64,000 nt of DNA from Thermoproteota archaeon (GCA_026986575.1 JALSOH010000004.1:704001-768000), one strand, 5' to 3'; shown: positions 10,631 to 20,853, counted from the first letter of the stretch. Translations and numbers: made by a program. Notes: generated by a model from the letters alone, not told the origin.

Positions 10631-11257
10631 TTAGCCCCCGGCCATGTAGATGGCCTCCTCAGCTATCTGGACCGCGTGGTCCGCCATCCTCTCGAGATAC
10701 CTGAGTATGAGTGTCATAGCTACGGCGCATGCCGGGACCTTCTCAACACCGGTCAGGACCCTTTCCCTCAGGTAGGAATCGTAGGCCCCGTCCACCTTGT
10801 CGTCCATCTCCATGACCCTCCTAGCCAGCTCCATATCCCTAGTCTCCACCGCCTTAAGGGCCTCCTTCACCATCGTCTCAGTTATCTCCGCCGGCTCAAC
10901 CACAAGCTGGATGTCACACTGACTCATGTCCCTGAACAGGACTAGAGTTTGGGCTATATTCCTAGCGTACCTGCCGAGCCTGACCAGCCCATAACTTATC
11001 TCCATGAGGGAAATGAGGGTCCTCAGATCCGACGCCATGGGCTGAAACCTGGCCAAGATCTCACTTATCTTGATTCTCAACTGTCCGTGGGTAAAGGACA
11101 GGATCTGAGCTCCCTTATCAACCTCCTCCAGGACGGTAGTGGGATCTGCTCTGCCTAGGAAGGCCTCAACGCACTTCTTGGTTAGTGAGAGGGATAACTC
11201 ACTCGACTTGACGACCTCGGAGAAGACCGATTTTATCTCAGCATCCAATAACGCCAT
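10631..11257 (-). CDS. phoU: PhoU family phosphate uptake regulator
   Basis: ARFQPMASDLR, DDKVD, LERMADHA..IAE. Confidence 0.88.
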   Translation of the reverse strand: MALLDAEIKSVFSEVVKSSELSLSLTKKCVEAFLGRADPTTVLEEVDKGAQILSFTHGQLRIKISEILARFQPMASDLRTLISLMEISYGLVRLGRYARNIAQTLVLFRDMSQCDIQLVVEPAEITETMVKEALKAVETRDMELARRVMEMDDKVDGAYDSYLRERVLTGVEKVPACAVAMTLILRYLERMADHAVQIAEEAIYMAGG

Positions 11258-11329
11258 TTTCCATATCCCTTGGACGAAGTCACCCGCCCGATTTTATTAT
11301 GTTTCCGCATGCTCAGGTAGGGGATCGAG

Positions 11330-11665
11330 ATGAGCAAAGAGGGATCTCCCGGCTTGGTGTTCGTGGCCTTCATGTTCATAGGAATGGGCGCAGGTTATCT
11401 GCTCGGGAACACTGCTGCCGGACTCTTCATGGGGATGGGAGTGGGGTTTTTGGCCATGGCCTACCTCAAGCCTAGGGAGAAGGAGATAGACCTAAGGAAG
11501 GAGCCTTGGGGTTCGGTAGTACTTGCCTTGGTGGGCTTGGGCTTCATCTTGGGAGGGGCATCGCTGCTACTGGGCTTCGAGATACCATGGGATAAGTTGG
11601 GAGGGGTGTTCCTCATACTGATGGGATTGGCCTTCCTAGCAATGGCTCTTGGAAGGAGGAGCTAG
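11330..11665 (+). CDS. Small Gly-rich 4-TM membrane protein
   Basis: Two hydrophobic Gly-rich hairpins; ATG start. Confidence 0.75.
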   Translation: MSKEGSPGLVFVAFMFIGMGAGYLLGNTAAGLFMGMGVGFLAMAYLKPREKEIDLRKEPWGSVVLALVGLGFILGGASLLLGFEIPWDKLGGVFLILMGLAFLAMALGRRS

Positions 11666-11667
11666 AG

Positions 11668-12831
11668 CTAGCCGAATATGGCCCTACCGAAGTTTTCCCT
11701 CTCCCTCAATAGCCTGTACCTGCCGCCCTCAAGGGCGACGACCGCTGGTAACGGTCTGAGATTGTACCTGCTGGCCATGGAGAACCCATAGGCCCCGACA
11801 TCGGCAATTACCAATAGATCCCCCTCCCTGACCCTCGGCAGGTCGTACTCGCCGAAGAAGTCTGCTGACTCGCAAACGGGCCCAGCGACAAGTACTCTCT
11901 CCTCAGAACCCTCGGACTCCACCAGAATCCTGTGCTTGGCTCCATAGAGTGCGGGCCTGAGGAGGTCGTTCATTCCAGCGTCCAGCAAAATCCACTTTCT
12001 CCCACCTACCTCCTTCACGTAGTTCACCCTGGCAACAAGATAGCCAGCGTCTCCAACTATGTACCTGCCGGATTCCACGAATATGTGAACCCCCAACTCC
12101 CTAGATGCCTCACACACGGTTTCAGCGTACTCTCCTATAGGGAACTCTCCCGACCTATCATAGGATATGCCCAAGCCACCTCCCAGGTCGAGCACCTCCA
12201 CCCCACCGAACTGCTCAATAAGGGATCGGAGCACATCCAACGCTTTGATAAAGGGCTCAACGCTCATTATCTGGCTCCCCACGTGTGTGTGAAAGCCCCT
12301 CGTATTCATCTCACTTCTCAAGGACCTGAGGAGTGAGAGGGCCCTTTCAGGGGGGAGACCGAACTTTGTTCCTGGTCCGGCCGTCACGAGGCTCGGATGG
12401 GCCCCAGCTCCCAGTCCGGGGTTCACCCTCACCATGACACTCGTTCCTCCCACATCTCTAAGGATTCTAGCCTCGGATTCACTCTCGAGTGAGACAGTAG
12501 CCCCGTAACTAGCCGCTTCCGCTAGGTCCTGCCTTGAAGGGCTCGGCCCCACGAGCACCACCTTCTCAGAGGGGACACCAGCCCACCTGGCGAGCATCAC
12601 CCCATAACCGGAGGGAACGGTGGCCCCAGAACCTAAGGAGGAGAGCATCCTGACGAGCTCCGGCTCATGATTAGCCTTGTATGCGTATGCAATTGTGTGG
12701 GGGCATTTCAGAGCATCATCTAACCTCAGAAAGTTCTCTCTAACCCTGTCCATGTCCAACAGGTAAATGGGAGTCCCGAACTCCTCCACCACATCGCTTA
12801 CATCGATACCGGCTATTCTCAAGGGCTTCAC
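11668..12831 (-). CDS. lysA: Diaminopimelate decarboxylase
   Basis: FGTPIY, YAYKAN (PLP Lys), KFG, HTHVGSQ, DLGGG, ESGR, RPALY, GPVCESAD, GAYG..MASRYN. Confidence 0.9.
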   Translation of the reverse strand: MKPLRIAGIDVSDVVEEFGTPIYLLDMDRVRENFLRLDDALKCPHTIAYAYKANHEPELVRMLSSLGSGATVPSGYGVMLARWAGVPSEKVVLVGPSPSRQDLAEAASYGATVSLESESEARILRDVGGTSVMVRVNPGLGAGAHPSLVTAGPGTKFGLPPERALSLLRSLRSEMNTRGFHTHVGSQIMSVEPFIKALDVLRSLIEQFGGVEVLDLGGGLGISYDRSGEFPIGEYAETVCEASRELGVHIFVESGRYIVGDAGYLVARVNYVKEVGGRKWILLDAGMNDLLRPALYGAKHRILVESEGSEERVLVAGPVCESADFFGEYDLPRVREGDLLVIADVGAYGFSMASRYNLRPLPAVVALEGGRYRLLRERENFGRAIFG

Positions 12832-12943
12832 CCTACGACACCGAAACGTACCTTTACCCTAATTATCCTGCTTCCATCGGTACGCCTCATCTACACCACT
12901 TCACCCTTTATATGTTGGTGGGGAGTTCCTCCTCGGTGGTCCA

Positions 12944-13510
12944 TTGAGACTTAACGTCAAGGTCATAGCACCAGTGATCATGGCCGCCATCATGCTTATT
13001 GGAGTGGTCAGCATGAGCTCCCCGCCCTCTCCCTTGGGGAGCGAGGAGTGGCCCCTCCCCCCAGCAGACATGCCTCTCGAGAACATAACCTCCAACATGA
13101 ACATCTCCAACTTCGTCTTCTTTGGAGGTCAGCCCGTAGCGAGCTTGGGAACGGGGTTGGATTTCCCGCTGGGGAGTACGGCCTTCTACTACGTTGGAGC
13201 TTACAAGAATAGTACCTTCGTGGCATTCGTCGTGGCCAAACTTCCCGATCCGCAGTACTCCGTTCAGTTTGGCGGAAGGGCCCTGAACTCCCTGAAGGAG
13301 AACCTCCCCGAGGAGGATGTGAGGTATCTGGTTACCAACGAGGGAGGCTTCCTGCAGTACCAAGGCACCAATCAGACCCTAGTGCTGTGGTACGGGCACT
13401 CTTGGTACTTCGAGATCATGGCGGGAAAGGGAGGGAACGTGGGAAAGGAAGCGGTTCAGGCGGTGAAGAGGGCCATCTACGAGGCAATACAGAGGGTTCA
13501 GAGGGCCTGA
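12944..13510 (+). CDS. Hypothetical membrane-anchored/secreted protein
   Basis: N-terminal hydrophobic helix; fills the gap between two minus-strand genes. Confidence 0.7.
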   Translation: MRLNVKVIAPVIMAAIMLIGVVSMSSPPSPLGSEEWPLPPADMPLENITSNMNISNFVFFGGQPVASLGTGLDFPLGSTAFYYVGAYKNSTFVAFVVAKLPDPQYSVQFGGRALNSLKENLPEEDVRYLVTNEGGFLQYQGTNQTLVLWYGHSWYFEIMAGKGGNVGKEAVQAVKRAIYEAIQRVQRA

Positions 13511-14619
13511 ACCTTACCTCCCTCCTCGAAGACTGCCTTCAGCTTGAGCTTCTCCTCCCTCACCTTGAGATTACCCAGCCCGGGTCCATCGGGCACTATC
13601 CTGTATCCGTTCTCGTAACCGGCTCCGCCCTCAACGAAGTCCTCCCTGAGCGATATGTCTGAGTCCAGATCCGTTGTTACCAAGTTCCTCGTAGCCGCAG
13701 CGAAGTGAACTCCTGCGGTTATACTGACCCCTCCCTCCATCATGCACCCTATCATGTTGGGTATGCCTGCCGCCTCGCTTATCGCAGCTATCCTCTTGGC
13801 CTTGAGAAGGCCTCCCGCCTTTGTCAGCTTTATGTTGATATAGTCGGCGGCTCCCATCTCCACGACTCTGAGCGCGTCCTCAGGGGTGTGCACGGACTCG
13901 TCAGCCATTATTGGAATGGGGCTCATACTTGTGAGCACGGCCATGCCCTCCAAGTCATCCCACCTCACGGGCTGCTCCGCTAGCTCCAAGTCGTACCTGT
14001 CCATCTCGGTGAGGGCCCTCATGGCCTCCTTGACGGTCCATCCCTGATTAGCATCTATCCTCAGCCTTATATCCTTCCCCACGGCATCCCTCACCGCCCT
14101 CACCCTGGCCACATCCTCCTCCACTCCGGTTCCCACCTTGAGCTTGATGATCCTGAACCCCCTCTCGATAATCCTCAGGGCCTCCTTGGCCATCTCCTCT
14201 GGGCTCTTTATCCCTATGGTGAAGTCCGTCTCGACCCTGTCCCTGTACCCGCCCAGCAGGTCCCTCACCTTAACTCCTAGGATCTTCCCCTTGAGGTCGA
14301 AGACTGCCGTCTCTAGGGCAAACTTCGCTGAGTTGTTGCCCAAGATTGCCTTGTCCATCTTCTCCTCTATCCTCTCGACGTCCATTGGATCCTCTCCTAT
14401 CACCGCTGGGGCCAAGGTGTACATGGCAGCCACTATAGTGTGCTCGCTCTCCCCGATTATCCTCCTCGCTGGTGAGGCCTCGCCCCACCCCACTCTGCCT
14501 TCATCATCGAACACCTTCACAACTACGTCCGTGCTGCTCGTGGAGGTGCCTAGCGAGATGGTGAACGGCTGTAAATAGGGAAGGTCGACGGTATAGACCT
14601 CTATCCTCTTGATGGACAT
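13498..14619 (-). CDS. L-Ala-D/L-Glu dipeptide epimerase (enolase superfamily, MLE subgroup)
   Basis: PFTISLG, KLK, DANQGW, EQP, ADES, NIKLTKAGG, GCMME, DLD (the DxD of dipeptide epimerases). Confidence 0.88.
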   Translation of the reverse strand: MSIKRIEVYTVDLPYLQPFTISLGTSTSSTDVVVKVFDDEGRVGWGEASPARRIIGESEHTIVAAMYTLAPAVIGEDPMDVERIEEKMDKAILGNNSAKFALETAVFDLKGKILGVKVRDLLGGYRDRVETDFTIGIKSPEEMAKEALRIIERGFRIIKLKVGTGVEEDVARVRAVRDAVGKDIRLRIDANQGWTVKEAMRALTEMDRYDLELAEQPVRWDDLEGMAVLTSMSPIPIMADESVHTPEDALRVVEMGAADYINIKLTKAGGLLKAKRIAAISEAAGIPNMIGCMMEGGVSITAGVHFAAATRNLVTTDLDSDISLREDFVEGGAGYENGYRIVPDGPGLGNLKVREEKLKLKAVFEEGGKVQAL

Positions 14620-14717
14620 GAAACCCCCTGAGGAATCCCGCTCGATAGGGATAAAGTTACCCCACTACGTCAACTTTCCCATCGGAGAACCTTTAATCCT
14701 GCGAACTTCCCGATTCA

Positions 14718-15806
14718 TTGATGGCCAAGAAGTGTCCTGATGACAATCCGTATCACGTGGTGGCCGAGCTTCAAGAGCCTTTAGGAGATGGAAGGGTTAG
14801 GTGTCTAGCCTGTCCCAGGAAGTGCGTAATCCCTCCCGGAATGTACGGCCTGTGCAAGACTAAGCTCAATGTGGACGGTACGCTCTGCGAGGTGAACTAC
14901 TCGAAGGTCAGCAGCGTGGCCATGGATCCCATAGAGAAGAAGCCCTTCTTCCACTTCATGCCGGGCAGCTATGCCTACAGCATAGGCACCGTGGGATGCA
15001 ATCTCTTCTGCGAACACTGTCAGAACTGGGTGATAAGCCAGTCGGATCCCGAGAGCTTCCGCTATCTCAGAGATCTGCCCCCAGAGGAGGCTGTCAGGGA
15101 AGCGGTAGAGCTGGGGGCCTCGAGCATAGCCTTCACCTACAATGAGCCCACTATAGTGAGCATGGAGTGGGTTGTCGACGCGGCTAGGCTGGCTAAGGAC
15201 TTTGGCCTCTCAACTCTCAGCGTGACAAACGGCTACTGGAGTGAGGAGGCTAGGGAGAGGCTTATTCCCCTGATAGACGCTGCCAATGTGGATGTCAAGG
15301 CATTCACCGACGACTTCTACAGGAAGGTGACCAAGGCCCCGTTCCTGAAACCTGTCTTGGACACGGTACTCGCACTTAAGAGGGCTGGAAAGCACGTTGA
15401 GGTGACTTACCTCATAATACCCACCCTGAATGACGGGGAGGAGGAGATCAGGGCCTTCGCGAGGTGGATTGTTCAGGAGGTCGGAGACGACACTCCCGTT
15501 CATTTCTCACGTTTCTACCCGCATTTCAGGATGAAGAACCTTCCCCCGACCCCGATCGAGACCATAAAAAGGGCAATCAGGATAGCTAGGGAAGAGGGTG
15601 TTAAATTCGTTTACTCAGGGAATGTCCCAGGCGATCCTGACGAGAACACCTATTGTCCAAGGTGCGGCACTCTATTGATAAGAAGATACGGATTTACCAT
15701 AGAAAAGTGCAATCTTTCTGAGGACTCAAAGTGCCCTGAATGCGGCGAATCCATACCCATAGTGGGTCCTTGTACTGAATCCGGGGGCTGGCTGGGTTAC
15801 TTATGA
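14718..15806 (+). CDS. amrS: AmmeMemoRadiSam system radical SAM enzyme (PFL-activase-like)
   Basis: CLACPRKC, DPIEKKPFFHF, GCNLFCEHCQNW, FTYNEP, HFSRFYP, C-terminal CPxCG twice. Confidence 0.9.
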   Translation: MMAKKCPDDNPYHVVAELQEPLGDGRVRCLACPRKCVIPPGMYGLCKTKLNVDGTLCEVNYSKVSSVAMDPIEKKPFFHFMPGSYAYSIGTVGCNLFCEHCQNWVISQSDPESFRYLRDLPPEEAVREAVELGASSIAFTYNEPTIVSMEWVVDAARLAKDFGLSTLSVTNGYWSEEARERLIPLIDAANVDVKAFTDDFYRKVTKAPFLKPVLDTVLALKRAGKHVEVTYLIIPTLNDGEEEIRAFARWIVQEVGDDTPVHFSRFYPHFRMKNLPPTPIETIKRAIRIAREEGVKFVYSGNVPGDPDENTYCPRCGTLLIRRYGFTIEKCNLSEDSKCPECGESIPIVGPCTESGGWLGYL

Positions 15807-15892
15807 TCGGTTGATCATTTTGCCAGTTGACGTGGGTTTCACCGAAAACCTTTTTAAGCAATACCCTTAATGTCCGGCGGCCGGTGAGATCC

Positions 15893-17797
15893 TTGGAGAC
15901 CATCATAGAAGCCGGCGTCGATATATTGGGGAAGATCCCTTGGAAGGACGCGTCTTTTGAGGAGAAGGTACAGGCTTTGAACGAAATGTGGAAGGAAGGA
16001 GAGCAGATTAAAAAGCTTCTAGAGGAGAGCACGGATCTAGAGGAGGCAAGAAAGAAGATCTACGACTACTTGGCATCACTCGAATGGGAACTGAGGGTCG
16101 GCAGGATAAAGCTTCATAGGATCGACTACTGGCTTGCATTGGAGGCCATAAAGAACTTCAGGAACATAATCTCACCGGAGAATGAGAAGATAGCCACCTT
16201 CAGCACCCTCGAGTATTTGTGGCGGCTAGCTAAGGAGGGAGAGAGGCTCCTCAACAAGGTAAGTATGGGCTTCATCCTCGAGTTCAAGTACCTGTTCAAG
16301 GCCATCCACGGGAACTCTAACTACGCCAAGGGATGGATCCACGATCTCTTGGGCGAGGAAAAGGCCAAGATAGTCCACGAGTTCCTGAGGATAGGTGGAA
16401 GGGAGGGCGCCATTCTCAGGTCAGAGTATCTAGATGAAGTGGCCAAGCTGGTGAAGCAGTATTTCGGCAGATACACCTTTGGCCTAGATCCCAAAGTCAT
16501 AGAGAAGAGGGAGCAGAACATCCAGAAAATCCTCGACTACTTCGGAGCCACCAGAGACGACTGGATGGACTACAAGTGGCACTTCAAGCATGTGTTCAAG
16601 AAACTGGAGCATGTGGACATGCTGAAGGAGCTGGTTCCCCTGACAGAGGAGGACGTGGAGAACATAAAGATGGCCATAGAGAACAGGATACCCTTCGGTA
16701 TCACCCCGTATTACTTGCACCTCCTCGACTTCGAGAGGGCCGACAGAAAGTGGGATCCCCAAGTCAGAGCTCAGGTGATACCGCCAAGGTGGTACCTCGA
16801 GGAGATGATCAAGCACAGGCAGGACAGGAACTATGTGTTCGACTTCATGAAGGAGCACGACACCTCTCCACTCGAGCTCGTTACTAGGAGGTACCCGATG
16901 ATAGCGATATTGAAGGTGGCCGACACCTGCCCGCAGATCTGCGTCTACTGCCAGAGGAACTGGGAGATAGAGGAGGCCTTCAGTCCAGTGGGCATACCAC
17001 CGAAGGCCCTAATAGACAAAGCTATAGAGTGGTTCGCCAATCATGAGTCCATGATGGATGTGCTACTCACCGGCGGTGACCCTGCAATCCTCAACGACAA
17101 GTACATGGAGTACATACTCAGCCGCCTCGCCGAGATCGATCACATAAAGAGCATAAGGATAGGGAGCAGGATAGTGGTCACTGTACCGATGAGGATCACC
17201 AAGGAATATGCGGAGATGCTGAGCAGTTTCATCGAACCCAACAAGAGGAACGTGATGTTCGTCACCCATGTAGAGAGCGCAGAGGAGGTCACCCCCTACA
17301 TGGCCAAGGCTGTGAAAACCCTCAGGGATCACGACATCTACGTGTACAACCAGCAAGTTTACCAGTTCGCCACTTCTAGGAGGTTCCAGTACGTCCTCAC
17401 GAGGATAGCCCTCAAGATAATAGGGATAGACCCCTATTACAACTTCTATCCGAAGGGCAAGTTCGAGCAGAGGGACTTCCTCGTCCCCGTCGCAAGACTT
17501 GCCCAAGAGAGGAAGGAGGAGGCTAGGCTCCTGCCCGGTCAGTACAGGACCGACGAGCCGGTGTTTAACGTCCCCGCTCTTGGAAAGAACCACATAAGGG
17601 CTTGGCAGGACCGTGAACTCATAGCTATAATGCCAGAGACCGGAAGCAGGATATACGTGTGGCACCCGTGGGAGAAGGGCGTAGCCCCGGTTGACCCGTG
17701 GCCCTATGTAGATGTCCCCATCTACGACTACCTGATGAGGCTCAAGGAGGTCGGGGAGGACATAAAGGAGTACGAGAGCATCTGGTACTACTACTGA
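15893..17797 (+). CDS. KamA family radical SAM aminomutase, long form (~635 aa)
   Basis: DYKWH, FGITPYY, TRRYP, CPQICVYCQR, LLTGGDP, IRIGSR, YNQQV, GIDPYY, PALGK. Start inferred at TTG 15893, after a TTTTTAA box and GGTGA. Confidence 0.88.
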   Translation: METIIEAGVDILGKIPWKDASFEEKVQALNEMWKEGEQIKKLLEESTDLEEARKKIYDYLASLEWELRVGRIKLHRIDYWLALEAIKNFRNIISPENEKIATFSTLEYLWRLAKEGERLLNKVSMGFILEFKYLFKAIHGNSNYAKGWIHDLLGEEKAKIVHEFLRIGGREGAILRSEYLDEVAKLVKQYFGRYTFGLDPKVIEKREQNIQKILDYFGATRDDWMDYKWHFKHVFKKLEHVDMLKELVPLTEEDVENIKMAIENRIPFGITPYYLHLLDFERADRKWDPQVRAQVIPPRWYLEEMIKHRQDRNYVFDFMKEHDTSPLELVTRRYPMIAILKVADTCPQICVYCQRNWEIEEAFSPVGIPPKALIDKAIEWFANHESMMDVLLTGGDPAILNDKYMEYILSRLAEIDHIKSIRIGSRIVVTVPMRITKEYAEMLSSFIEPNKRNVMFVTHVESAEEVTPYMAKAVKTLRDHDIYVYNQQVYQFATSRRFQYVLTRIALKIIGIDPYYNFYPKGKFEQRDFLVPVARLAQERKEEARLLPGQYRTDEPVFNVPALGKNHIRAWQDRELIAIMPETGSRIYVWHPWEKGVAPVDPWPYVDVPIYDYLMRLKEVGEDIKEYESIWYYY

Positions 17798-17862
17798 TCC
17801 TCCCCCTCCCCCCTTTCTCCTTTTACCAAACGTTTTTGATGGAATCAGTTCAGGCTAGTGAT

Positions 17863-18792
17863 ATGAGGAAAATATCGGCCATAGCCCTCGTCTCATTATT
17901 TCTGATCCCTCTTGCGCATGGTGTGGCACAGCCCATAGCTATAGCTGAGCTACCAGTGGGATCCAAGTTAACCTACAGGTTAGGGGGCGTCTACGTGGGG
18001 AATAAGACCTACGAGGTTGTGGGATGGTCCTCCTCACAGGGTAGGAAATGTAAACTGGTCAGGGTTCACCTCATCGTGAACGCCTCCGAGAGTTTCTTCT
18101 ACAGAGGAATAAACTCAACCTCCGAATTCTGCTACGACGACAAGGGCAGGCCCCTCCAAGAGGTCCTGTATATACCCTCAGAGTTCAACCTATCCTACAA
18201 GAGGGTCGAGATAACCTACTGGTGGGAGGATGACGAAGTTTTCCCCCACAGGTTCCTGATAAAGCTGGTTGGCGAGAGAAATGAGAGCTATGAGGTGTTA
18301 CTCGGTGAAGGGACCGTAATCAAGGAATCTAACGGCAGGACTGAGAGATTCAGGGTGGGCAGGGAGAACCTCTCGAAGGTGCTGCCCTTCGTTCCCGAGA
18401 GGCTCACGGAGCCCTATGTGGATCTGTCATCCATCGAGCTGAAGGGGGGTTACAGAAGGAGGTATGGTGAGCTTGAGGTCAAGGTAGTCTCCTTGGAGAA
18501 TGTCCAAACCCCGGCTGGTCTATTCCCCTGTTACAAAGTGCTCCTCTCCGGACGCACCGAGGATGGCCTCCCGTACAATTCCACCGTCTATGTGACCGTG
18601 AGGGAGCCCAGATTCACCACCTACTACATCACCAACATAATAGGGATAAAGCAGACCGGATACGTTGTCAAGGTCGAGGTTCCTGAGCAGGGGTTCTCCA
18701 TTCCCTATTTGTGGCTTGCCCCTGCCGTCGCGCTGGCTGTGCTACTCATGATCTTCCTCAAAAAGAGAAGGAAAGGAAAAGGAGTAGGGTAG
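17863..18792 (+). CDS. Secreted beta-rich protein with C-terminal TM anchor (DUF3108-like TPAG motif)
   Basis: Signal peptide from ATG 17863, VQTPAGLFPCYKV, and a TM followed by KKRRK. Confidence 0.75.
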   Translation: MRKISAIALVSLFLIPLAHGVAQPIAIAELPVGSKLTYRLGGVYVGNKTYEVVGWSSSQGRKCKLVRVHLIVNASESFFYRGINSTSEFCYDDKGRPLQEVLYIPSEFNLSYKRVEITYWWEDDEVFPHRFLIKLVGERNESYEVLLGEGTVIKESNGRTERFRVGRENLSKVLPFVPERLTEPYVDLSSIELKGGYRRRYGELEVKVVSLENVQTPAGLFPCYKVLLSGRTEDGLPYNSTVYVTVREPRFTTYYITNIIGIKQTGYVVKVEVPEQGFSIPYLWLAPAVALAVLLMIFLKKRRKGKGVG

Positions 18793-18815
18793 GACAGGTA
18801 GGTCCAATATTCGGA

Positions 18816-19925
18816 TTAGCCTGAAGGGGATCTCTCCTCCTCACCGCCTATTTCCAACTTCTCCTCTACGTCCCACTCACTCGACTTAGACAGTTCCAGC
18901 GCTGGTGTCTCCACCGGACCCTCTGGGATTGCTCCCTGCGGTCTGAACATGAGGACGAGGATTATTATCAACCCTATTATGATGTACTTCATATACGTCA
19001 CGTCGAACTCAACGCTGATCCCCAGCAGGCTGAGGAAGGACGGGGAGATGAACTGATCCAGAGCAGTCATGATCAAGGTCCCCAGAATGACCCCCTTGTT
19101 GTTGGCCATTCCTCCCAATATTACCATGGTCAGCACTAGGAACGTTATAAGGGGCTGGAAGTCGTCCGCCACCACTCCCTGTATGTAAAAGGTCCTGAGT
19201 ACACCGGCCACTGCCGCTAGGGCGCTCCCTATTACCATGACTTCACCCCTCACCCTAGGTACCACTTTACCTAGGGCCATGGCGGCGAGGTCGTCATCCC
19301 TGACCGCCTTCAGAAGCCTGCCAAAGGGAGACTTGGCCAATCTCTGGACGTATATGTATGTTAAGACGGCAAATGCCACCACTATTAGGGCGTACGCGAT
19401 GCTCCTTGTTCCCACATCCTTAACGAACGACAGGGGATTGGCTATCCCAGTTAGGCCAGTCAGCGCGCAGACGATCCCCTCCTCGTTCCTAGCGATTATC
19501 CTGCCCATGTCGCCTATGAAGATGAGAGTTATGGCTAGGAAGTCCTCCTTCAATCTTAGGGCGGGATATGAGGCTGCATAGCCGAACAACCCGCCTATTA
19601 TGGCTCCCAGCACTAGAGAAGCGACGAAAATGCCGACTGCCTCCATAGGATGGGAGCTGAGATATTCCGTCCTGAGCACGGACGCTTGTCCCGAGCAGTA
19701 ACCTGCCTTAATCCCAGCGATGTAGTCGACCGTTCTAGCGGTCAGCACTCCAGCCATGTAGGCCCCCACTGATATGAAGAACACGTGTCCGAAGTTGGGT
19801 ATACCTCCGTACCCGTACTCCATGTTCAGGCTGAGGGCGGCGATCAAGTATATGGCGAAGAGCACAATGAACGACGTGAATATTGGCATGTATGAGGCCA
19901 GAAACTCTATCTGCAACTCACTCAC
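18816..19925 (-). CDS. livM: Branched-chain amino acid ABC permease
   Basis: LNMEYGYGGIPNFGH, SPFGRLLKAVRDD, LGG..N..G, FRPQG. Confidence 0.93.
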   Translation of the reverse strand: MSELQIEFLASYMPIFTSFIVLFAIYLIAALSLNMEYGYGGIPNFGHVFFISVGAYMAGVLTARTVDYIAGIKAGYCSGQASVLRTEYLSSHPMEAVGIFVASLVLGAIIGGLFGYAASYPALRLKEDFLAITLIFIGDMGRIIARNEEGIVCALTGLTGIANPLSFVKDVGTRSIAYALIVVAFAVLTYIYVQRLAKSPFGRLLKAVRDDDLAAMALGKVVPRVRGEVMVIGSALAAVAGVLRTFYIQGVVADDFQPLITFLVLTMVILGGMANNKGVILGTLIMTALDQFISPSFLSLLGISVEFDVTYMKYIIIGLIIILVLMFRPQGAIPEGPVETPALELSKSSEWDVEEKLEIGGEEERSPSG

Positions 19926-20853
19926 CTCCTCCCTTCACCTTCTCCTTCAGCCAGCCGACAATGTCGAAGCCAGCGAATCCCGTGGGCTTCAGCAGGAGCA
20001 CTATCACTATGATGACGAACGAGATCAGCGGCCTGTAGGCGGTGCTCACATTGAAATACGTGTTCATGAAGGTGATCCCGAAGTTCTCGGCGAAACCTAC
20101 TATTAGACCACCGGCTATGGTACCCCAAAAGCTCACGAGGCCTCCTAGGATCGAGGCAGCGAAGATCCTCAGCAGTGCGTACCATCCTATCTCAGGAGTG
20201 ATGACTGAGTAGGCCGACCAGAGGCCGCCAGCGACACCGGTTATGCCACCGGCTATGAACCACATGAGCCTCCTCAGGGTGTATATCTTCACACCAGACA
20301 CCCTGGCAAGGTCCTCGTTATCGGCCATAGCCCTGAGGGCCTTCCCTGGCTTGGTGTAATGGAACATGAGGTGTAGAAGCACGACGCTGACTATGGTTAT
20401 CGGGAACACCCAGAGATGTATGGTAGTGATTCCAGCCCTGCCGAATCTTCCGATGAGCTGGACATTTGTCTTGGCTTGTACGGTTATGACAGCATTCAGG
20501 TCGGCGTATATAAACAGCAGGTAGCGGACCACGAGCCCTATGCCTATGCTCGCCACCAGCAGGAAGAGAGGCTTCGAACCCCTCTTTATCATGGGCTTGA
20601 AGACTCCCTCGTCCATCGCTACCGCTAAAAGGGCTGACGCGAAGAAGGCGGCGATCAGCGATTCACCTAAACCGTAGCCCATCCAGTTCACCAGTAGTGC
20701 CGTTACGTAGCCGCCGATGGTTACAAGCTCAGCATGGGCGAAGTTCGCTATCTTCGTCACGGAGAAGGACATGGTAAGACCAAGAGCCATCAGGGTGTAC
20801 AAGCTACCCAGCGTCAGGGAATTTATCAGGGGAATCGAGAGATCCATAAGCAT
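19918..20853 (-). CDS. livH: Branched-chain amino acid ABC permease
   Basis: ALGLTM..ANFAH, TKPGKALRA, ILGG, KPTG. Confidence 0.93.
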   Translation of the reverse strand: MLMDLSIPLINSLTLGSLYTLMALGLTMSFSVTKIANFAHAELVTIGGYVTALLVNWMGYGLGESLIAAFFASALLAVAMDEGVFKPMIKRGSKPLFLLVASIGIGLVVRYLLFIYADLNAVITVQAKTNVQLIGRFGRAGITTIHLWVFPITIVSVVLLHLMFHYTKPGKALRAMADNEDLARVSGVKIYTLRRLMWFIAGGITGVAGGLWSAYSVITPEIGWYALLRIFAASILGGLVSFWGTIAGGLIVGFAENFGITFMNTYFNVSTAYRPLISFVIIVIVLLLKPTGFAGFDIVGWLKEKVKGGGE

